From Syntrophomonadales bacterium (lineage in GTDB: Bacteria; Bacillota; Syntrophomonadia; Syntrophomonadales; DTU052), in contig JBMNJO010000024.1 in assembly GCA_050951725.1 (NCBI GenBank), positions 320,613 to 384,612 on the forward strand: 64,000 nucleotides of DNA, in the 5' to 3' direction. The translations under genes were made by a program, and so were the position numbers. Position 1 is the first letter of the stretch. Each line of letters begins with the position of its first letter. The notes under the pieces were generated by a model, which made no database searches, was not told the origin of the DNA, and worked only from the letters and a program-made list of their open reading frames with translations. Shown here one piece after another: positions 53,610 to 61,673 of this stretch.

Positions 53610-54916
53610 TTCAAATCTCCCCTTTGGTAGGCAAGCGTCCTTTCCCGCGCCTGCTGTTTCTTTTTGTCGTCCCAGCTTGATTTGCGTGACCGGTCTTGCC
53701 AAGTGGTTTCAACTTCATGACCGTCTTGAAAAATATAAATGACCTTATTTGCTTGCGGCACCAGCATCTGCTTGATCTGGGATCGGAAAACCACCTCATC
53801 AAATTCCGCCAGACCTAGAACTTCAGCGGTCAGCGAAATTAGGGTTGGTTCCGGGATTTGCTTCGCTGGGCAGACGTCCTTGCCGTAATTGACGAAGGTG
53901 GAACAGTTCCACGCTGCATGCCCCTTGTAGGTTACCCGCCGATAGTTCTTGCCGCAGCGAGGGCAGAAGATTAAGCCTGAAAATGGGTAACGGTTGGCCG
54001 GGTTTTGTCTGACATTTCTGTTCTCCCGGCGAAGGGCCATGATTTCTTGCGCCTTTTGAAAGATGAGAGGGTCTATAATCGGCGGATGGGTTCCTTCGGC
54101 ATAGTACTTTGGCAGGATTCCCCGGTTATAAACCAGCTTCTTTGACAAGTGGTCGGCTACATACTTTTTCTGGAGCAGCGCGTTGCCAGAATACTTCTCG
54201 TTATTTAGGATGGCCAGGACTCGCTTTGCTGTCCACTGTCTGCCGCTGAACGTTCGCACACCCATTTCCCGCAGCCTGGCAGCAATCCGATCGCATCCCA
54301 GACCGTTTACGTAATCAGCGTAGATTATTCGAACGATTTCGGCCTGTTCCTGATCGATTTCAATTTGACCATTGTTAATTCGATACCCGTACATGAAACG
54401 CAGGTTTACAATCTCACCTTGCTGGAACCGCTTGCGAATCCTCCACTTACAGTTCTCACTAACCGAACGGCTTTCCTCCTGAGCATAGGATGCGAGGATG
54501 GTTAGCAAAAGTTCGCCATCCCCACTCATGGAGTGAATATTCTGCTCCTCAAAATAAACGTCAACACCGAGCAGTTTTAGCTCTCGCACTGTTTCAAGCA
54601 GTGTTACCGTGTTGCGGGCAAAACGTGATATCGATTTTGTAATGATCAGGTCAATCTTGCCATCCTTGCAGTCAGCAATTAGACGCTGAAATTCCGGGCG
54701 AGTGTCTTTGGTTCCTGTCAGTGCCTCATCGGCGTATACACCAGCATATTCCCAATCCGAGCGCTGCTGAATGAGTTTGCTGTAGTAGCTGACTTGAGCT
54801 GCCAGAGATTGTAACATCGCATCTTTTCCGGATGATACGCGGGCATAGGCGGCAACCCGTAATCTAGCAGGGATTGGTGGCACCGAAGGGGATATTTTCG
54901 TAACTATCTTTTCCAT
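53606..54916 (-). CDS. Large serine recombinase, proximal copy
   Basis: 436-aa ORF: AAYARVSSGKDAMLQS, SISRFARN, zinc ribbon CPRCG...WNCS. Confidence 0.9.
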   Translation of the reverse strand: MEKIVTKISPSVPPIPARLRVAAYARVSSGKDAMLQSLAAQVSYYSKLIQQRSDWEYAGVYADEALTGTKDTRPEFQRLIADCKDGKIDLIITKSISRFARNTVTLLETVRELKLLGVDVYFEEQNIHSMSGDGELLLTILASYAQEESRSVSENCKWRIRKRFQQGEIVNLRFMYGYRINNGQIEIDQEQAEIVRIIYADYVNGLGCDRIAARLREMGVRTFSGRQWTAKRVLAILNNEKYSGNALLQKKYVADHLSKKLVYNRGILPKYYAEGTHPPIIDPLIFQKAQEIMALRRENRNVRQNPANRYPFSGLIFCPRCGKNYRRVTYKGHAAWNCSTFVNYGKDVCPAKQIPEPTLISLTAEVLGLAEFDEVVFRSQIKQMLVPQANKVIYIFQDGHEVETTWQDRSRKSSWDDKKKQQARERTLAYQRGDLK

Positions 54917-54963
54917 AATGACCTCCTTTCGCTATGACATATTCGCTCCAAAAGCCCATATTA

Positions 54964-55131
54964 TCAAGTGTTTTGGCGATATATGCTGCGCTCGGAAAGC
55001 CCGTATTTTTGAGCGATAGTTGCCTCAATTTTAATCAATTCATCTTCTCGGATAATGCCTGCTGCAAGCCATCTCTTTAAAACTGCCATAGTGGCTGTAT
55101 AGTAGATGACTGCTAATGCCTTACTATTCAT
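54964..55131 (-). CDS. Hypothetical 55-aa protein (candidate accessory/directionality factor)
   Basis: ATG at 55131 overlaps the stop of the upstream gene by 8 nt: MNSKALAVIYYTATMAVLKRWLAAGIIREDELIKIEATIAQKYGLSERSIYRQNT. The longer 102-aa track ORF is probably an artefactual extension. Confidence 0.5.
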   Translation of the reverse strand: MNSKALAVIYYTATMAVLKRWLAAGIIREDELIKIEATIAQKYGLSERSIYRQNT

Positions 55132-55531
55132 GCCGCACCGCCTTCGACCTGCCGTAGCAAGCGCGGGAGCAGTATTTGCGCTCTCGTTTGCCATACGCTT
55201 CAAAGGACTGGCCACAAGTCTGACAGGTAAATGACCGGATGGTTTTGTGGTTAACGTCCTCTGGATGGGCATTCCACCACGCCATACGGCACTTGTCCGA
55301 ACAGAACCTTTTCTGCTTCTTCCCGATGGTCTGATTAAGCGGCACTCCGCACTGGCAGCAAAATGTACCGTCCACAGAGTCAGACATTATAGTAGCATTT
55401 CCGCCCAGATTGTTTCTGCGACAGTAAGACTTCACCGTGTTTATCGATAAACCTAAGGTATCGGCTATTTTGGTGTAACTCTTACCTTCGGCGCGAAGAA
55501 GAGCAATCCGCTCTTTTTGCAAGCCGTTCAT
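55124..55531 (-). CDS. Sigma-70 region-4/LuxR-like HTH protein with two Cys4 zinc modules
   Basis: 135-aa ORF. HTH in RAEGKSYTKIADTLGLSINTVKSYCRRN, then CCQCG...CSDKC and CQTCG...CSRAC. Confidence 0.7.
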   Translation of the reverse strand: MNGLQKERIALLRAEGKSYTKIADTLGLSINTVKSYCRRNNLGGNATIMSDSVDGTFCCQCGVPLNQTIGKKQKRFCSDKCRMAWWNAHPEDVNHKTIRSFTCQTCGQSFEAYGKRERKYCSRACYGRSKAVRHE

Positions 55532-55624
55532 ATCGGTTCCTCTCTTCGAAGGGCGTGAATCGTTCCCTCACAATCCACAGGACAACGAAGGGCGGTTTGA
55601 GTACCAGTAGCTTAGGGTTAAAGC

Positions 55625-55655
55625 AAAAAATGCCGGGTGAAATCAATCACCCGGC
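55625..55655 (-). terminator. Terminator after the amidase gene
   Basis: Minus strand: GCCGGGTGA-TTGATT-TCACCCGGC followed by ATTTTTT. Confidence 0.8.
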
Positions 55656-55744
55656 GATTTGGAATCAGTTTTTAGGTTTTATTAAAGAAGTAAAAGCCGA
55701 GCTAATGCTTCAAGGATAGTTCTTTTAGGTAATAATCGTTAAGG

Positions 55745-56446
55745 TTATAGGGATGAAATGTACTCGGCCATTCTTTCAATCAGCATCCCGGCGTATTCGC
55801 CATTTACGCTCTGGCCTTTTCTTGCATTTTGCAGCCAATATTCAGGGGTTTTAAGTATGCCGTTTCTTACCAACACCTCCAAAGCTCCTTCCAGACCATT
55901 CTTGTTTTCTTCTATGTATGCTAACCCCAGTTGGGAAAGGATAGCGCCAGAAACTGCTTTGACAATTTCATCTCTCTTGGCATCAAACAGTGCATTATCT
56001 TGGCTGTTATCAATAAAGCCGATTTCAATTAGAACTGCAGGAGCCTTGGTTTCTCTTAATACTTGATAATTAGCAGTTTTAACCCCCCGGTTTGCAAAAC
56101 CGACCCCCACCAGGGAGCTTTGAATTTTTTCGGCCAGCCCCTTTGACTTGGCTCCCGGATTTAAATAAGTGTAAGTTTCTACACCGGCAGCCGCCTCCGG
56201 TTTAAAAGCATTACGGTGAAAGGATATGAAGTAATCAAAGCTACCCTTGTTTTCAAAATCACATCTAGCTTTCAGGCTTACACTAACATCAGCCGTCCTG
56301 GTCTCATCGATGATTACTCCATGGCGTCTCAACACTGCTGCTACGGCCCGACCTAGGCTCAGCACATCATCGGCTTCTTTTCTTCCTTTATATACTGCAC
56401 CCGGGTCATTGCCGCCATGACCGTAGTCGAAACATAATCTAGCCAT
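55745..56446 (-). CDS. N-acetylmuramoyl-L-alanine amidase (phage endolysin, Amidase_3 type)
   Basis: 233-aa ORF: CFDYGHGGNDPGA, ISFHRNA, VLIEIGFIDN. Overlaps the holin stop. Confidence 0.88.
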   Translation of the reverse strand: MARLCFDYGHGGNDPGAVYKGRKEADDVLSLGRAVAAVLRRHGVIIDETRTADVSVSLKARCDFENKGSFDYFISFHRNAFKPEAAAGVETYTYLNPGAKSKGLAEKIQSSLVGVGFANRGVKTANYQVLRETKAPAVLIEIGFIDNSQDNALFDAKRDEIVKAVSGAILSQLGLAYIEENKNGLEGALEVLVRNGILKTPEYWLQNARKGQSVNGEYAGMLIERMAEYISSL

Positions 56447-56849
56447 TAATCTTTTCCTCCTTATTCAGCTGGTCCAAAACCAGTTTGAGTTTCTCCGGAA
56501 TAGGCAGGCCGATCTTGGCTGCGTTTTCCAGAATACTGATCCCTTCGTTAGATAAATAGAAGAAGATGACCGCGGTACGGACAGCACTACCGTTTGTTAT
56601 TACCTGGGCGTCGATAATGTGTCCCACTGCCACCATGGCAAAAATCAGCACCTTCTTAAAGATGCCCCTGGCACCTACCTCGCTGGAAAGGCGTTTTTCC
56701 AGTATGGCCAACATGACGCCGGTCAGGTAATCGATAACCACAAAGGTAATCAGTGCGTATAAAAAGCCGTCCCAGCCTCCCAAAACCCAGCCCAGCCAGC
56801 CGCCAAAGGCCGAAAGGGCAATTTGAATTGTATTAATGGCATTTTTCAT
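56439..56849 (-). CDS. Phage holin (holin_4_1 / TcdE-like family)
   Basis: ORF 56439..56906. ATG at 56849 follows AAGGAGG. Three TM segments and the motif FFYLSNEGISILENAAKIGLPIP. Confidence 0.82.
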   Translation of the reverse strand: MKNAINTIQIALSAFGGWLGWVLGGWDGFLYALITFVVIDYLTGVMLAILEKRLSSEVGARGIFKKVLIFAMVAVGHIIDAQVITNGSAVRTAVIFFYLSNEGISILENAAKIGLPIPEKLKLVLDQLNKEEKING

Positions 56850-56879
56850 GCGTTTTCTTTCCTCCTTGGTTATAGCAAT

Positions 56880-56900
56880 AAAAAAAGAGCCCTGCGGCTC
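56880..56900 (-). terminator. Weak terminator-like hairpin upstream of the holin
   Basis: Minus strand: GAGCC-GCAG-GGCTC followed by TTTTTTT. Confidence 0.35.
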
Positions 56901-56918
56901 ACACATCTTTGACAGGTA

Positions 56919-57122
56919 CTATTTGTTTCTCAATAGTCCCAGTATTTCGTTTTGAAACTCTAAAATAAGTTTATTTTGCTCATAGATATCAGTAAGCACC
57001 ACATCCTTGTTGGCCTTGCCCGTTAAGGCTTTTATTTTAGCCGCTCTGTCGGATATTTTGACCGCCTCCGCTTCAGCCGCCAGGTGCTTTTGCGTCTTAG
57101 CCACCACTAGCTTCTCAGCCAT
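56919..57122 (-). CDS. Hypothetical phage protein (67 aa, predicted helical)
   Basis: ORF overlapping the stop of the upstream ORF, in the position of small pre-lysis genes of PBSX-like prophages. No recognisable motif. Confidence 0.5.
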   Translation of the reverse strand: MAEKLVVAKTQKHLAAEAEAVKISDRAAKIKALTGKANKDVVLTDIYEQNKLILEFQNEILGLLRNK

Positions 57123-57480
57123 TGACGATCACCTTCTTTTCCGCGGGTTCGCAGGTGCAGTTCCCTATCGCGCTGATTCGATATTCTCCGGGACCGGCAA
57201 ATTCCAGGACCAGATTCTCAGTCCCGTTGATAGGGGTAATCGTTTTTTCGGCAACAACCTCACCCTCTATAATTACCTGTACTGTAATATCCTCGCTGTT
57301 AACCTGGGGATTACCCTCGTAGTCCAAGTAGGCGATGGTTACATTTAGTTCCTGATTAACAACCACTGTGTCCGCGCAGCATATATCAAGCCGCAGGAAG
57401 GCACACTTGATGAATCTGGCCACCTCAACCCCGTTTTCCATCTGTATTTCATAGATAAGACCATTTTCATTTATCTCCAA
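57115..57480 (-). CDS. Hypothetical phage protein (121 aa)
   Basis: TTG start preceded by TAGGAGGGAG. Beta-rich sequence. Position directly downstream of the tail-fibre-like fragment. Confidence 0.55.
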   Translation of the reverse strand: MEINENGLIYEIQMENGVEVARFIKCAFLRLDICCADTVVVNQELNVTIAYLDYEGNPQVNSEDITVQVIIEGEVVAEKTITPINGTENLVLEFAGPGEYRISAIGNCTCEPAEKKVIVNG

Positions 57481-57493
57481 TGATTCTCCCTCC

Positions 57494-57728
57494 TAAGCCG
57501 CCACATGCCAGATACCGTATTGAGTGTTAATAGGTCTCGTATTACCACTGGTTACCATATACTCAACCACCAATGACGATTGTACCGGCAGTAATGCTGG
57601 TAATTTGATCATTACGCCCCTAGTACCAATACTATAATCTACAGCACCAGAGTTATAGTATTTGCCATACCCGTAGGGTAAGCGGTAACTATGGGTGTTT
57701 TTACGAGAATCACTGCTTGGATTCCAGC
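57494..57728 (-). pseudogene. 3' fragment of a phage structural (tail-fibre-like) gene, truncated by IS110
   Basis: Hand translation of the minus strand gives an open frame without a start: ...SWNPSSDSRKNTHSYRLPYGYGKYYNSGAVDYSIGTRGVMIKLPALLPVQSSLVVEYMVTSGNTRPINTQYGIWHVAA*. The frame runs into the IS end at 57729. Confidence 0.6.
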
Positions 57729-57788
57729 TGTAGACCAGCTATATAAAGTCAACAATATTTATTAAATTTTTGGAGGCTTTTTATGTAA

Positions 57789-58958
57789 TCAAGCCATGGG
57801 GACATATGTTTTTTTGTCCCGCATAATAACAAAAATAATATAGGTTAATTTACGGGCTACAGCCCCAATGGCAGTACCATAGGCTTTGCCTTCGGAACGT
57901 TTTTTCTCGAAAAAGGCTTTAAGTACCGGATCAACTTGCACGGCCCGGACAGCGGCTTGCCAAATTGCTCTTCTAAGATGGGGAGACCCTCGTTTAGACA
58001 TCCGATTTTGACTGCCAGTAAAATCTCCGGACTGTTTAACACTGGGGTCAATGCCAACAAAGGCAACCAGCTTTTCCGGACTGGCAAAGCGATTAATGTC
58101 GCCAATTTCACTTTCAATGATGGCAGCCGTGATCATGCCAATGCCCGGAATGGTCGGAAGGCATGAATCAAGGGTATCAAAGTAGGTTTTAATATGGTCT
58201 TCGATCTCTTTGATATGCTCCTCGATAAACTTGATTTGTTCGATGAGCTGCCGCAACTGAAAAGCGAAAGCATCGATGGCAATGGTAATGCCAAAAGAGT
58301 TACGAGCCTTTTCTTGGATCTCTTTAGCCTTTTCCAGTTTAAATCTTCCCCGGCTTGTTTTGTCAATTACTTCAGCCAGCTTTTCAGCACTGACACTTAA
58401 CATGTCGTCCGGGGTGGTGTATTCCATTAATAAGGCCTTGGAACTAACGCCGAAGATGTTCGCAAAAAGGGTTTCGTACTCAGGAAAGATTTGATCTAAA
58501 ACAGCGATTGCTTGCAGCTTAAGCTCCGTGGTCTGATCCACCAGGGAAGTACGATAACGGCAAAGCTGCCTTAAGGCCAGGGTGTTTTCATCTGACAGTT
58601 GCGTTTCGGTATAGCGGCCGAAGCGGATGATCTCAGCAATGATAAAGGAATCTCGTTGGTCATTTTTCGTTTTCCGGATAAACAAGTTGCGGAGACTGTC
58701 AGATTGAATAGGATTGATGACAAAGACATCAAAGTCTCTTTCAACCAGATAGGAGTAAATGGCAAGCCAGTAATGACCGGTCGCTTCCATGCCAAACACG
58801 ACTTTTTCATCTTCGGACTTTAGCCTGGCAATGAAATCCAAGAGCTTTGCTGCACCGGCATTGGAATTGGCAAAAGTGATTCTGCCCAGGATCTGACCTG
58901 CATCATCAATTGCAGTAGCTTCATGGTTGCGTTTAGCGATATCAATACCGATTATCAA
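57789..58958 (-). CDS. IS110-family transposase (DEDD/RuvC-like N-terminal domain plus C-terminal Tnp domain)
   Basis: ORF 57789..58967 (392 aa). The likely start is TTG at 58958, 8 nt after GGAGG, because GTG at 58967 overlaps the RBS. GIDIAKRNH and GHYW N-terminal motifs, and C-terminal IPGIG...SGD...SKRGSPHLR. Confidence 0.9.
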   Translation of the reverse strand: MIIGIDIAKRNHEATAIDDAGQILGRITFANSNAGAAKLLDFIARLKSEDEKVVFGMEATGHYWLAIYSYLVERDFDVFVINPIQSDSLRNLFIRKTKNDQRDSFIIAEIIRFGRYTETQLSDENTLALRQLCRYRTSLVDQTTELKLQAIAVLDQIFPEYETLFANIFGVSSKALLMEYTTPDDMLSVSAEKLAEVIDKTSRGRFKLEKAKEIQEKARNSFGITIAIDAFAFQLRQLIEQIKFIEEHIKEIEDHIKTYFDTLDSCLPTIPGIGMITAAIIESEIGDINRFASPEKLVAFVGIDPSVKQSGDFTGSQNRMSKRGSPHLRRAIWQAAVRAVQVDPVLKAFFEKKRSEGKAYGTAIGAVARKLTYIIFVIMRDKKTYVPMA

Positions 58959-58974
58959 TGTAAACACCTCCGGT

Positions 58975-59204
58975 AATATTTGAGAGTGTTTCTCCTAACT
59001 TTACGAGCTTACAACCTAGCGCGATATACGGAGAAAAGGCTAAAAAGCCAGTCAACATCCAGCTCATTCGTAAAATCCCGTAAAGCGGAGGCGCCAGTCT
59101 ACAGCGCGAGGATAGAACCTCAGGGGAACGTGCGGCGAACTCCACTCTATCGAGAAAATCATCTCAAAACCAGAGTTGTGATTCAACTATTAATTATTGA
59201 CTTG
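58975..59204 (-). ncRNA. Candidate IS110 bridge/guide RNA region in the 5' non-coding end of the IS
   Basis: About 240-nt non-coding stretch upstream of the transposase with a minus-strand TATAAT at 59210-59205. It contains GCTGTAGAC (minus-sense of 59097-59105), complementary to the IS-end junction GTCTACAGC, and AGCTGGA, identical to the junction flank. Confidence 0.3.
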
Positions 59205-59417
59205 ATTATACTAGGGAAACGTATTACGTTCCCGCATGAGTTACGCGCCCGAAGGAGTAAGCTTTCGGAGAAGGAAGCGGAAAGCGGACAGGGGTGCGGT
59301 GGTAAAATGGGGCGGGCGGCTAATAGCCGCCCCTACGCTGTTGGCGCATAAATTATATCGAAGTGGACGCGTAGCCCATCGGGGCATACCCTTCTGGGTC
59401 ACAGGCCTGCGTCTTTC

Positions 59418-61673
59418 TTATTCCGTTCCTGCTTTTAGGGCCTCGCTCATGGAAACTGCTTCCACGCTCCTGGAACACAACAGTTTGCTGAGCTGATAGG
59501 TCAGCATGATGGCTGCAAAAGATATCAGCACATAAAGGGGGCTGACGATGGCCGGCAGCACTAAATTGATCATATTGCCAAGATAGCCGTACAATGCACC
59601 CATTGATGCCGCCGCTGCAGGAATTCCCAAAATAAATCCGGCCACGATGACAAAGGTGGAGCTGTCCAGGATCAGGGACCGGATCTCCCGGCGCCTGTAG
59701 CCAAATATCTTGAAAAGGGAGATGGTGTTCCTGTTTTCCTCGATAATCAGCGATGTGACCAGATAGAGGATGATTAAGGCCACAATGCTGGAGACAATCG
59801 TCATCAAGGCCACCATGGAATTCATCTGTCCCATAAATTCATCCATTGCATTCGGTAGTTCACTCATGGACTTCATGCCCGACAGCTTTTCATCAGGGAT
59901 ATCAAGCTTGATCATGCTGAAAAGCCCTCTGTAGCTGTTTCCCGGAAGCCCCATCTGTTCATTGAACTCTGTTATCGGCACATAGATAAACTGCTCAACG
60001 TAGGAATCAGCAACAGCGTCAATATGAAAGGTGTAGGGCTTGCCGTCCTCTTTGCTGATGAAGGTCACAGTGTCCCCGGCTTCAATGCCCAACCGATCGG
60101 CCAAAGACTTCGTAATATTGGTCTGATCGTTGGGAATAGGATTTCCTTTCCGGTCCTTTAAAGTCACGATGGTTGAATCAGGCTCGATTCCCGTGATATA
60201 AAACTCAATTTGTTCATTGTTTTCAGGATAAAACTTGCCGGCATTAAAGGCCTCCGCCCCTTCCGGCGCCTCACCGAATTGTAAATCCCGGAAGGCATAT
60301 TCGTATTCGAACTGATATACGTCCGAGGTGTTGAATACATGGTTCATGGAGTTCATAAGAGTGAAGCCAAAGAGCATCAAGACAGAAGCACTGGTAACAC
60401 CCAGGAAAAGAAACACCAGCCGGGAGATGCTTCTGAACTGCTCCCGCAGCTTGAATTTTGTGTTGAACTTGAACCGTTCCAGTTTAAAGGCCCGCTCCAG
60501 GGCGTTGACCCTGGTTTTCTGCCGGTCTCCCTTCATAAGCTCCGCCGGAGCACGTTTCAGCTCTGAACATATAACCAGATAGCTGCTGAGGCCTAAAAAC
60601 AGCACAGGTGTCAGTATGGCGGCCAAGGCATTTATGAAGCTTAACTGAATGCCCGGAACAGGAACATTATAATAGGTAACCATGGCCATAACCATTGGCC
60701 CGATAGAGGGCAGCGCCAACACCGTTCCCATCACTCCGCCCGCCAAAGCCAGCAGCAGCGGGATTGACATGTAGTGGCACATCAACTCCCGCCGCCGGTA
60801 ACCCTGGGCATAAAGGGTCCCGATGATCACCGATTCCTGGCGGATCATGCGCCAGAACATGATGCCGATGATCAAGCAGGACAGAAGAAACATTGCGGCC
60901 GGCAGCGGTACGCTCATGGTTTTCATACCGGTTATGGAGGCCCAGACCATTCTGGCCCGTTTGTTGTCCATAATGTCAGTCCAGTCGGACACGGTTATGC
61001 CTTCTGCCTGTAAACTCTCCCGCAGCTGTACCGCCTGCTCCTTAAGGCTCGGGGTCCTGTCATTGAACCTGACCGAATAAGTGCTTACAGCATTATCTAT
61101 GTCGGAAAATTCCTCACGGCTTATAACCGCCACCCCGAAATCATTGGGCGAATACACGATATCATTCACGTTCTTCAGCGGATAAATATAGTGGGGCAGG
61201 GACACAAAGCCCGCCACCGTGAAGGTTTTCCCCGCGGCTTCTATCTGACTCCCCACCGGGTAGCCGTTGGCTTCGGCAAAGGCAGGATCAAGGAGAATTT
61301 CTCCCGGCCCTGAAAGCGCCTGCCCCTCGGTGACAGCCGGAATATTTACCTTCTCAGTTTGACTGAGCAGCCTGAGTGTTAGCGTATCAGACAGGGCAAC
61401 GTCAAAGCTCATGTACTCCTCGATGATGGCGTCAGCCGATTTTTGCAGTTCCGCGAGGTCAGGATCAGGAACAGCAACGTCTGCTCTAAAGGACAGATCT
61501 TCCTGCATATGCCCCTCTGTAAAGGTCGTGACCAGGGCAGAAAGATTCTGGGAAAGTCCGGCAGCCACAACAAAGGTATAGCTCCCCAGGATAATCAGCG
61601 CAAGTATACTCAGGTAGCGCAGTTTGTTTTCTTTCAAAAAGCGAAAAACTCTTTTCTCCAGTGCCATTACCAC
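59418..61673 (-). CDS. ABC transporter permease with duplicated FtsX/MacB-type module
   Basis: 751-aa ORF. Two repeats of TM, a large extracytoplasmic domain and three TMs. The start overlaps the ATPase stop. Confidence 0.85.
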   Translation of the reverse strand: MVMALEKRVFRFLKENKLRYLSILALIILGSYTFVVAAGLSQNLSALVTTFTEGHMQEDLSFRADVAVPDPDLAELQKSADAIIEEYMSFDVALSDTLTLRLLSQTEKVNIPAVTEGQALSGPGEILLDPAFAEANGYPVGSQIEAAGKTFTVAGFVSLPHYIYPLKNVNDIVYSPNDFGVAVISREEFSDIDNAVSTYSVRFNDRTPSLKEQAVQLRESLQAEGITVSDWTDIMDNKRARMVWASITGMKTMSVPLPAAMFLLSCLIIGIMFWRMIRQESVIIGTLYAQGYRRRELMCHYMSIPLLLALAGGVMGTVLALPSIGPMVMAMVTYYNVPVPGIQLSFINALAAILTPVLFLGLSSYLVICSELKRAPAELMKGDRQKTRVNALERAFKLERFKFNTKFKLREQFRSISRLVFLFLGVTSASVLMLFGFTLMNSMNHVFNTSDVYQFEYEYAFRDLQFGEAPEGAEAFNAGKFYPENNEQIEFYITGIEPDSTIVTLKDRKGNPIPNDQTNITKSLADRLGIEAGDTVTFISKEDGKPYTFHIDAVADSYVEQFIYVPITEFNEQMGLPGNSYRGLFSMIKLDIPDEKLSGMKSMSELPNAMDEFMGQMNSMVALMTIVSSIVALIILYLVTSLIIEENRNTISLFKIFGYRRREIRSLILDSSTFVIVAGFILGIPAAAASMGALYGYLGNMINLVLPAIVSPLYVLISFAAIMLTYQLSKLLCSRSVEAVSMSEALKAGTE

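Larger units (their letters stand above)
51760..57728 (-). mobile_element. Degraded phage-like integrated island next to ssrA (left limit approximate, right side cut by IS110)
   Basis: Strand switch and loss of core synteny directly after the ssrA terminator. Contents are recombinases, a lysis cassette and a tail-fibre-like fragment. No capsid, terminase or replication genes. Confidence 0.6.
57729..59233 (-). mobile_element. IS110-family insertion sequence, copy 1 (intact). The transposase-distal end is exact; the upstream end is uncertain, somewhere in 59211-59313
   Basis: Identity with copy 2 begins exactly at 57729 (TGTAGACCAGC...), matching 63161. No terminal inverted repeats are visible, as expected for IS110. 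Confidence 0.8.

Noticed and set aside
53610-53702. N-terminal 31-codon extension of the second serine recombinase (ATG at 53702), overlapping the first recombinase by 97 nt
   Set aside because: A GTG at 53609 with a good RBS and a GTGA stop/start overlap gives a conventional coupled arrangement. The extension has no conserved features.
54964-55272. 102-aa version of the small ORF upstream of the recombinases
   Set aside because: Its first 47 codons overlap the HTH/zinc gene in another frame. The internal ATG at 55131, with the ATGAATAG stop/start overlap, gives a compact 55-aa product, which I report instead.
59314-59332. GC-rich hairpin GGGCGGC-TAATA-GCCGCCC considered as the IS110 upstream terminus
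   Set aside because: It is equally well explained as the terminator of the ABC permease gene on the minus strand, where an ATTTT run follows after 6 nt. Without the second IS copy's upstream end, the boundary cannot be assigned.
58942-59351. ORFs in the IS upstream region (58942..59145 minus strand, 58980..59351 and 59236..59496 plus strand)
   Set aside because: They have no RBS, overlap each other and the transposase start, and have compositionally odd translations. The region is more plausibly non-coding (IS end/ncRNA and ABC-operon terminator).
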